From the NCBI GenBank assembly GCA_000934665.2, contig KZ537967.1:124001-188000 (forward strand): 64,000 nucleotides of DNA. Direction: 5' to 3'. Under the pieces are notes generated by a model that was given only the letters and a program-made list of their open reading frames with translations, ran no database searches and was not told the origin of the DNA. Shown here in pieces: positions 53,284 to 64,000 of this stretch. Positions within the stretch are counted from its first letter, which is position 1; each line of letters opens with the position of its first letter. The stretch comes from Catajapyx aquilonaris (taxonomy: Eukaryota). A program made the translations under genes and the position numbers.

Positions 53284-56200
53284 GTAAGCACACTTTGCGG
53301 CTCCCAGGGGGCTTGCTTCGTGTCTCTTGTGTCATTATTTGGAGAATAAATAGAGTGGAACTAGCCTCGAAAAAGGAAGATGGCTCCAACTATATGTATA
53401 AAAAGTCAGGCTGACAAAAGGATCTGCTGATTTTTTTAAATAAAACAGTGCGTAAATTACCTGAAATGTTTACACACATAGTAGAACAGGTAAGTGCATC
53501 ATGGCCTTCAGCAAACTACATTTTAACACCAATATAGTTAGCCGCAATATGGCCGCAATGCAATTCCCGACCAAGCTTGTATATATGAAAAAGAGGCGCA
53601 AATTGAAAATTACAGTTACAGGGCTGTGTACCTCTTGGCCGCTGTACCCACCAAACAACACCGTCACTAGGCGTTAATCCCGTGCAATGAGCTAATTAAA
53701 ATCTCCAGGTGTAATCATGAAGCCGGCAGAGGAAACTGGTGGGGGGGCTTTGGGTTTGAATCCCTTTGTTCCCATGGATGCTGCTCTGCTTTTTGAAGTC
53801 GTTTCCAACCACATATTAATGGTCATTTTCACGCAAGTTGGACCCGCAAAACCCGATTACATGTCCTAAAAAATTGTGGTCAAATTTTTTTTCCTGTACC
53901 CACAGCTGCAACTTAATCAAGAGTGTCCGACCTTCGCAATACATCAAACCAGTCCCATTTTTGGGATTAAATCGGAACCAATTTTTCAAGAGACGTTTTT
54001 CTCCCCAAAAAAATGAGTAGGAAAGAAATCACTTCACAGCACGCTGTACATTCCCTTTTCTGAAATGAGCTCTTTTGTCTCGCTTGGCCTATTCACAAAA
54101 ATATATATAAATGGCTGCTTTTTTCCCGCCTTTTTTGTTTGGTTGACTGAAATCGAAAGAACCTGAGAATGAGAACACTCGGGGAGTATTATGGATGTAC
54201 GGCACCCTGAGGAAAAATAGACTCCAATTTCATAATCATAAGATTACCCTCTCGGATGCAACATATCGCTTGGCAGTTTGAGCGTAAATCAGCAAATTGC
54301 AAGGGTTGGCACAGAGAGGAAAAGAGATGGGTGCAAAAACGAGGCAAAACCACCGAGTTGTATGGCCTAATAAAACCCGGGGAATATTAAATTGTTATGC
54401 GAGGTACAGCGCCATTTAACCACCCATAACTCCGACTTTATGTCTAATCGATGTAATTTTCAGCAACAATCCTTGTGATAATGAAAATTTGTTTTTTTAA
54501 CCATACCTTCCTATATAAGAGGAGGGGGTTACATACGATGTAAAAAAATATTGGGGAGAGAAAAAAAAAAAAAGTATGGCGGGGTGATTTCGCAGCACTT
54601 TACTCTCTCCAGATTGATTGGATCTCGTTACGTTTCCTACAGGGACCGTTCAGAATGCCAACGGGCCCTCATCTTCTTTCCCAGTCCATTAGGCCTAGAT
54701 TCGAGAATATATTCGGCGCTAGTTTCCATGCATTTGCACCTAAATTGTCAATTCTCTAGTGCACCATAAGGTGAAGCTAGTCATGGAGCACTCATCGGTG
54801 TGTGTGTGTTTTTTTTTGTGTGGCACGCAATCAGATGATGGGGTTTGCCCGATTTAAATTCTTACTATTTATGATCTGCATATTGATTGGAAGCATTACG
54901 TGCGAGTTAAGCCCGGGTATTGCCATGTAGTTACTCAATTTTGCATAGTTTTTTGTAACGTATGGATGTGCTCTATACGGGCCCTTGTTATGTCCAACAT
55001 GATTACAAACGTGGCCGTCGGCTGCAATAGGCTTTGCCAATTACACTTTCGCCCCGGAGTGATGTGTACAGAGATATATACACACACCTTTTTTTTTTTT
55101 GCTCCTCGTTCAACATCAGAGTCAACAACTCAGTGTGGTTGGAACTTCCCGAGAAGTCGAAAGAGGAACTATAGGAAAAGGGAAAAAAAATTGCAATGTC
55201 TCATACTATATTGTCAAACAATTATATAAAGTTCATAGCGATATTCCAAGAAGAAAAATGCTGAATGAGGTTAAATTATGTGAAAAATTGCCAATTTTCA
55301 ACGAATTGGCGTGTACACCTCTCAATTCATAAATAATGAAGCGTTTATGGCAAATATGAGCGTGCCATTTACAAGTATATCCGTTTTTATTCAAATATGA
55401 TTTCATATAGATATACTGTATCAACTGATGTGCAGCTGATTATTCCTCTACACTTTATTCCTGGTATATCAAACACTATCAGCATCAGGAATCCGAAAAT
55501 GGCCACGAAATTGAGCGTATCATCCAGCTCCCAGGATATGCACAGGCCTGAACTTCCGATGACCAGGACAACAAATGACAACAAATGGGTGACAGGCAGG
55601 GGCCTGGAGATAAGGACCAAGCCGCACAATATTTTCATGTACGCATTTGTAAACAGAACCATCGTTTAGCCTCACACTGACACCCTAACAATAGCAAATC
55701 GCACTTACCGGAGGATGCATCCATGCTCTAGCCAGCAGACACCATACAAAAAAAAATATCCGGATTTGGGTCGAAGATTTGCCCTCCCCGGAATAAAAAA
55801 GTACCGGGCTTGCCAAAGGCGCCTGCAGAGAAAAGAAGGCCATGAATCATTGAATAAAAAGGGGGGCCTCCGCGCCACATCGTTATGGTCCTCAATAGCA
55901 TCGTTCCTAAACCTTAATCTTCATTTCCTTACTCTTTGGCCGGAGACACAATCCTGAAGCAATATAAAGAGCAGCTGGTTCTCTTTTCTAAAGGAGCATG
56001 GTACGGATAACATTGGCACCCATTTTTCATAGTCTAACCATTTGACACTTAACCTCCCAAAAATGTAGTTTATAGATTTTTTTTTTGCAAAAAAAAAGAA
56101 AGGTTTATAAAGTGAGCCAAGTTTTGTGTACTGTCGAGTACCCCCCTCTCTTTTCAATCCCGGAATTGTCTGGTTGGCATAAAGAATTGCAGCTTCCAAA

Positions 56201-59200
56201 GCCTAATGGATATGAATGACTCCGTAACGGAGTCGCCCTATGGTAATAATGGTGCAAGGATTATGAGGTGGGAGGGGTATGAATATTTTTTTCTTCTCTG
56301 CGGCTCATTACTGCAGGCTGATGAGAAATGAAGACTTCAACCGGAAAACCCAGAGAGTTTTCGAGCAGAGACAAATGGCTGGCAAAACTTGAGGAAGCCA
56401 TATAAGATATATTTCAATAGAACTTCTAAGCTTCTCCAAAAAAAAAAGACCCGCTCAAGAAACACGGATCTTCAGGGCAAAATGCAGACCTTAATTAGCT
56501 CTCCTTTTCTCATTGACAAAAGAGACCTCGTTTGTAATCCTATCCTTTCCACACACAAAAAAAGACCAGGTTTCAAAAAGGGTTCGCAAGAGATATCTCA
56601 TTATATATCGTTAGCTGGTGTTGACGGTCAACCTATACCAAATGCTGTCAAGGATTTCTAACCAGAGTCCTGGATTAGTCGTGGTGATTGATGAAGTTTT
56701 GTGGTGCGGACTAGAGTGGGAAAGGAGGGGAGTCCTTTTCCGCTAATGTACTTCTCTAGATTGCGTTTGAAAAGAAGCTGAGGAAGTTTTTTTTTGTGTG
56801 TGTGTGAATGTATCGATCAGGTCGTCAGAATAGGATTTCAGTTAAATTAATAGTCCTCTTGGCTGAACAGTAATAGATTTATAAATCATTTTGACAGTCC
56901 CTTTATTACGCTCCAAAAATGTTACAACGTAATGAATTTTTGCGATTCTCACCAGCATGTAACATGTTACGAAAAGGAGCTGAGAATGTGTGCATTACAT
57001 TAAGGACTTAATTAGTGGTGTTTATTAACAAGGCCCTGATCTGATGAAAATCGTGTCGTCCTCTCTTTTTTTCCTGGTCCGGCATCCATTTTATTTCGCA
57101 TCAAAGCAGGTATTATCCCTCTTCTTTTCCAAGTCAAAACAGGGTGCCCGACAAGCCCGCAGTAATCATTCATTCATGTTTTGGAAATTGTTAATTGAAT
57201 CACGGTTGCCCGAATTTTCGCTCTGTTTTCCCCAAGCTTTTGGGAATTAGGCCCCCTACTACCCAGGGACCTAGGCAAGTATAGAGTATTACACTAGTAG
57301 CTCCCGGATTTCCCATCCCGCCATCCATTTCCCTTGCACTTGTTATTCTAATCCCCGTGAACATGCTGGCGTCACACGCCCACGCCATATTGCGACTGCA
57401 GCGCCATCCAACTTAAAACCGCTCGTCCACGCCTCTAACGGTCTGGGGCTAGGCCTAGTCCCTATGCATCCGGATAGGGGAGGTATTACCTGCCCCCCAC
57501 ACTACGACCCAACCCACTCACTATTGTCATTTGCACACGACAAAGCCGGGGGGTGATGATACCATCTGCTTTTCAAACCGGGGGTCCCCAAAGCGCTATA
57601 CCGCATACAGCAAACCATGCATTTTAGGTGCAGGTCGTGCTAACCACTCAGCCTGGTCGTAAAATGTGGCAACTACCTAAGGAAACACAGTATGCGCCAG
57701 TAGCTGCAACAATATTCAGGTCTTCGTGTTATCGGGTCGAATTTTCGTCACACTGCTAACTCAGCAGTGCTAGCAGAAACTAGAAGTGGGGGGGTTGTCA
57801 CGTTTTTCCACCACACCCCCTCAATTATTACACAATCATGAATCTTCTCATATTTTTGCACACCCCAGAGGCATCCATCAAAGTTGAGCCTTGCAACTTA
57901 GCCACAATATTCACGGCTAACTTCCCCTGCAAAGAAGCGTATTTATCGCGACGGCCCCCTACCCAAAATCTCATCATCTTTGAAAACAAGCCATGCAGAC
58001 ATGCTGACAATGAGGAGAAGACAAGATCTAACTGCGCATAATACCAAGAGGGCCGTAGCAAACTTTTGTTCCTCTTTTTTTCCCCTCCCCCTCCCATCTT
58101 CGTCTTCTTCCTCCTCCACCTCCCCTGAAAGCACATCAGGGGCATTCTCGGAGTCTGCTCGGAGCAAAACCGGAATTCTCTTCTCTTTTATGAAGCGTCG
58201 GGAGGCGTCCTCAAACCTGCAGTGCAGATCATTTTTCGTGTCTCCGGGCGGGCTCCTCCCCAGCTCGCATTTAGTGGACTCCCCACCCCGCCTTCCCCCA
58301 CTTCTGTCGCTGAAGAAAACGGTTACTGCTGTCCCTTCTCTGTCGATGATGCCGCCAGACTAGATTCCGGCAGCACAATAATGGTAGGAAAGCATCTACT
58401 ACTGTACAAAATGAGATTATTCTCTCTCTGAAACATAGTTTCATATTACAGGGGTCTTAAACCACTGGCGCTAAAAATCATCCACCAAAAAAATATGCAA
58501 AAAATCCTATGATTGGAACGGGTAATGCAAATCGCTCAAAACCTGCAGTAATATTTTATAAGAGTGGAATCCAATTAATTAGCATCCGGCTCAATGGCTC
58601 AAATCTGCTCCCAGGTGGGTCCATATATACAAAAAAAATGAAATTGCATTTCCGGCAAATGGTAAATAGTGTGGCGGAAAAAAAAGTGCTAGCATTATTA
58701 TCCGTTAATTGAATCGTTACATATCCTAGAGATTTACCTTCGGTCCGGGAGTTTTTTTTGCAACAATCCAAATCCCGTATGACTCAAAAATGTAGGCACC
58801 CTGAATCGGAATAATTTGCATTTCGGAGTGTTCTGTACCAGCAAATGTACTTTTAGGTAGCAAAAGAGCACAAGCCTCATCCGCAGGGTTCATTTCCCTC
58901 CCATCCTCCTTGGAGCATCCCAAACTTGGACCTTTTTTGCATAATAAGTGCAGAAGAATGGCTTTCAAACCTCCCCAAGCCTTGGGAATCACCTCGGAAA
59001 GTTTCTCCGACACTATAAGCACTAACGTCTACTTTGATTGCACCAGGGAGGAGCGCAAATTCTTATTGCGCGCAATACATGCCCTCACTGCATACTGTCT
59101 TATTGTGTACTTGGCCGTGCGAAAACTAATTCTGCAGGTCTAATTGCAAGCCGTTTAATTAGGCTCGGTTTTTAAGCATTGCGTATCCTGCGAGTAAGAT

Positions 59201-60101
59201 AACCAATGAGTCTCGTCTGTTTAACCTGCTGCCTATTTTACAGGAGCTTCGTCTAATCATAACGAGACTGCTTTGCTATTATTTTGCACAATTTTGAGTT
59301 AATGGGGCTGCCAGTCTGTGACGAAAAGTTCAAAAACATGCCGATTGATATGACTAAAATCACAGTTACAAATTCTCACTTTCCAAACTTGTGCCCCCCA
59401 AAACTTTAATTCCATTAAAAACTTGCACGGCGTAATCATTCCGTTAAACTTCTTTTAAAGAAATATCTGGCTGTTACAAACTTTTTTTTAAAAAAAAACT
59501 CGTTGGCAAATTGAGCGAAAAAATGGAGTTATACCGAAACCCCCAGCTCTTATTGTAACAAAAGTCCTGTCCTCTTCCGTGATTTCTCCAGGCCCCAACA
59601 ACGGCGACAGTAAAATTGGGCCTGCTGACCCCACAGAATTTATGGTCCCATAAATAAAAGGGGGTGGGTTCTGGATGGTGGAAGCTGCAGCAAGAGTTAG
59701 ATCTTAGATGTCCATCATGAAACATGGATTTATTTCTCCTGGAGGTTAAGGCGTACATGAGAATGATGGTTCCCATTCTCCCCGGCTATACGTCGCATAC
59801 GCGAATAGGAACCAAGGGTGGAGTGAACTTTCCGACGTACACCCATCATTTCGGAAGATGATTTACCCCATCTGGTGCACCAGCTATAAGCCTCCCTAGG
59901 TGTATAAAAAGGCCGTGACCAATTTGCCAACGCTTTCGAGAGGAAGTCCCCCCCNCCCCCCAGTTGCATGATATTTCATTGAACTCTCCAAATATTTATC
60001 AGGCGTACAGAAATTTACTATGAAAAGTACACACTTCCACATATCTGTCCGGGAAAAATGGGGATTAAAAGGAGCCAATCATGGCTGAGAACGTAACCCA
60101 A

Positions 60102-60713
60102 GAATATCGATATGCGTATAGACATCGCTGTAGGTATGTGTATACTATTAGACATATCAATATACGAATAGACATATCGATATATGAATATACATATCGA
60201 TATACAAATATACATATCGATATACAAATATACATATCGATATACGAATATACATATCGATGTTCGTAGAGACATATTGATACACGTACGCGTATAGAGA
60301 CATATGGATATATGCATAAAACCATATCGATAGACGTAGACATATCGATACACGTAGTCTATATAGAAATATCGATCTACGTACGCAGAAATATCGATAC
60401 ACCCATAGAGACATTGATATATGCACAGAGACATATCGATATGTATATAAACATATCGATATATGCATAAAATCATATCGATACACGTATAGAGAAATAT
60501 CGATTTATACGTACCGAGAAATAGCTTTACACATTGCTTTACACCCATAAAGACGATTATTGATATGCTATATGCATACAGACATATCGATATGTGCATA
60601 AACATATCTACATATGTGCATATAGAGACATACCGATAAACTGTAGTGTGCATGTAGACATATCGATAAACTGTAGTGTGCATAGAGCAGCATAGAGACT
60701 TATCGATATAAGT
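60102..60713. repeat. Minisatellite, ~20-bp unit tacatatcgatatacaaata
   Basis: Exact 20-bp periodicity at 60171-60260, degenerating outward. Units carry the palindrome atatcgatat. A 30-bp-period duplication lies at 60626-60683. Confidence 0.9.
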
Positions 60714-63700
60714 ATGGAGAAGTGTATATGTATCGTACATAAAAATTATGACGACATTTTTTTTATCAACATTATACAGCGTGCTGTGATGTAACCATCC
60801 TTTTGACATTTCCAAAAATATTTTGCCACTCTCTCCCTGATAAATTTTTAAAAATAATGCAGTAGCAACATGACAATGCAGGGATACCGCAGCACATATA
60901 GAGAGAAGCGGGCCCCAGCACATGTTACTGCAAGTCAGCCCAGCGTTAAGCGATTGTTAAAATAAGCGAGGCGGATCTCCATGTCTGACAGCATCGCAGT
61001 TCGCCAGACATTGCTCACTGGTTTTCCACCGCTGCGTATTGGTGCACCAAAATTAATGCCATGGCGTACAAAGGCAGCCAACCCTTGACATTTACCTATC
61101 CGGCATTACGGCTCTCTGGAGGTAACGTACGATTATTTACCGCCCCCCTCCCCCTTTGTAAAGCCCCGTGTGTGTGTGCTGTAATCAACAAAGACCTGAA
61201 GCGCTCGCAACCATATTTCCCGAGTTAAGTGCGGGACCAGACTTCTGGAATATAGGGTGTTCCTTAATGATTCTGGCAATGTTGCAACCGACTAATTTTG
61301 TGCCGCATTTGGCCCGGAGAATATATTCGCAGGGAATAGTATGAGTCACCCTGTGCATCCGCTCAATAAATCCACGCCCAGGCCTCAATCCACGCCTTTC
61401 CGATTTCCCAAGGAGACATCTTTCGGTTGAGATTATCCAAGTACTGATTCGAGACCGGAGGAACCTGTGGGAAATTCCCGTAAGGGACACGAGAAATTGC
61501 CTCGACGGGTGTGCCACTGCCTACAAATCACGACTCAACTTGAGAGCAGACAGGACTTAGAAAAGGAAGAGAAAAAAAAAGCAGAATAAAGACGAAGAAG
61601 GCAGTAGATATCCCTCAGAATAATCCAGGCCGGTCAATTGGTACGCCCTGTATATATCTAAAGGCGTCTGGCTTCAACCCTCTCCCTTTTCGCCTTAAAC
61701 TAATTACATCAATTACTTCTGGGAAAAGGGGCCTAAGATTCCTCATTAGCTTGGACGGGCACTGGGGGAGCACATAAACCACTTGAAGTCCCATTAAACC
61801 CTGACTTTGTCTTGCGCACAGGGGGGTGAACCCTGGCGTAACCGGACTATACGCTGTATCTATGATGATAAGATAGGAGCTGAGGGTAAAGTTTGGAGGG
61901 GGTTCAATAGTACTGTAACTCACAATTCTGGAGTTTAAACTGTTGCCAAAAAAAAACCAGCCATCAATTGAAACACTCCCATTAACACGTAATGGAAAAC
62001 AAATTGCTTCCAACATCACGAGTCACCGCATGTGTCCGACGTTTATTCACACCCGTGCGTGAAAAGCAATTTTCACATGCTGACTTTCTACCCCTTGCCG
62101 AATCAAACTGATTGCATTTACCTAACAGGTCGACACGTCAGCACCACCTGCCTGTAAAAATACAACCCGTTTTTTTTTTTTTTTTTGTAACTCGCCGATT
62201 CAACAATTACTCTTTTTTACTGTAGTACCTCCTGCTATGCTGCGCTGTACTATTTGAATACATATTATCCAGTCAGTCACATCCGTCATATATGTGTGTA
62301 TAAAGTTTGAGACGCTTTCAGGTCCTTCATTTTCCATAACCGTCCCATAAATTACTTTCCCAGCTTAAGCCCAAAAAGGGTACTGCATGATGAAATGGAT
62401 TTCACTGGGTCGTAAAACAATGCTGTCTAATGGGGCGCACAGAGATATCACATTTCTTGTCAATTACGCGAAACATAAGGGCTGAAATGTGATCTATTCA
62501 ACTATCCAAGACAGTGTTCATGGAACTTGTCAACCCTCTCATGTTTCTGATGATCTCATGAAATACAGCATTTAAAAAGTAATGCAGAAAAATATTCACA
62601 GAGGAATCTGATACATGCACGCACAAGTATAGGTATGTCCATGGCAACATTGACATTCAGGTTTCTTATTACCGTGCGAAGAACGGGCTCCGCTGCTAGT
62701 AAAGCCAGTTTTTTCAATGGCCAAATAAATACCAAACTAGGATATCACATCATCATATTTGCAAAAAAAAAATGATCCATATCCGTATACAAGAAATAAA
62801 AGCGCAGTTTTTTTGTTGGGTTTCTTGCGGGTGGAGCCTTTCCTCAAAAGAAGCTCACTTCTCATGCAATCATGAGGTCTTAGGATGGGAAGAAAATGCC
62901 TGAGGCATTTTCAAGGAATGGGGGTAGGGGGGGAGGGGGGGGGGGTTCCTGGCATCGTTCACCATAAGCCAAGGCACAAGCGGCTCTGAAAATGTTAGAT
63001 TAAACGGCGCTAACCCTGCAGCGCTGCCTTTTCAAAGTATCCGTGGGAGGGCATTTTACGACGAATACTTTAATACACTGGCACAAAAGGATGGTTACGA
63101 GTTACAGCGTTTCCGTTCAAACCCCCGTAAGCGTGTCGAACGTTAAAAGGCCGCGGAGGAAAAACGAAGCCCACCAAACACATCATTCCTAGCATGCCCT
63201 TACCTTCTTCTTCTTCTTCTTTTTTTGAAAAGGTCTTTCCTATATGCCTAAAAAATTCTTGGAAAAAAACGTGAAATATGAGGCAGAGTATATGATGCCA
63301 GATCAAGCTCTGCACACTGCTGCCGCTCTCATGTGGACATGCACGTTGGTGATGAGACACCGTGGACAGATGATTTCTCATTATTTATTTATTGCTTTAA
63401 GTTTAATATTTTGCTGGATATCAGGACAATGTTCACGGTTAGGTACAGCTGGTTCTGACGATCTCCCCAGGGTTCAGCAATTTCGCGACGTCCGATATCG
63501 GTCCAACGGGGAAGCCAAGACATCGTGGAGTCATTCCGATGTAAATAAATTCATGACCTGGTAATCGACTCTGTCAGTTAGCACCCCCCTGACATAACCA
63601 CGGAGCTCTCCAGAACAAAATCCTTTACCTCCCTTGCAAGCACCCCCCTTACAGCCCCCCAAAATAAATTGCATTGATGGGCATTTGGACCTCGGCGGAT

Positions 63701-64000
63701 CATTAGAACCAGGCACCGCTTTGCAATCTCCTTAGCCGACTGCCCATTTGCCAAATGGATATAAAACCGAGTGGCACTCTTGCACTCAAACCTGCCCGTA
63801 AAAATGGCGATGGGTGTACAAAAAGTCCAGGCAGGACACGACAATTCGGACACAAAAATGGGGGGGGGAAGTTTGCGCCTTGGATTGTCATCGTCCCAAA
63901 TTACTGGGACCGTGTCAAAATAGGGTGCTAATTAAACCGGAGCTGGGACAGACATTTACCGGATTTTCGCATATAAAAACAAGAGGGGGCGGCTCCAGGC

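Noticed and set aside
57633..57660. A-box-like ggctgagtggttagcacg on the - strand
   Set aside because: No B-box or tRNA structure downstream.
42972..59955. Single N bases inside poly-C runs (42972, 43575, 44366, 59955)
   Set aside because: Most likely assembly or sequencing ambiguity at homopolymers, not biology.
60018..60923. Longest ORF in the window (301 aa, - strand)
   Set aside because: The YRYV/ISIC/IDM repeats are simply the translation of the 20-bp minisatellite.

Overview
This is animal (probably invertebrate) genomic DNA, almost entirely non-coding. The only protein-coding sequence I can support is two + strand exons (29230-29410 and 53069-53283). They have canonical, phase-compatible splice sites and join across a 23,658-bp intron to give one complete CUB domain. 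From memory, that domain resembles the first CUB domain of SOL-1 (suppressor of lurcher 1, an ionotropic glutamate receptor auxiliary protein). The preceding and following exons were not found, so most of the window is probably intron of this gene. The non-coding DNA holds many short non-autonomous DNA-transposon relics: Tc1/mariner-type TACAGGGTG MITEs, a three-copy palindromic MITE family with a nested foldback, GGATCCGGAC-ended elements, and Helitron/Helentron-like fragments. It also contains two palindrome-containing tandem arrays, a perfect 84-bp palindrome and an interleaved A-B-A'-B' inverted-repeat structure. I found no CRISPR array, rRNA, tRNA or transposase ORF, and no evidence for a new multi-gene system. 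The most interesting items are structural DNA features.
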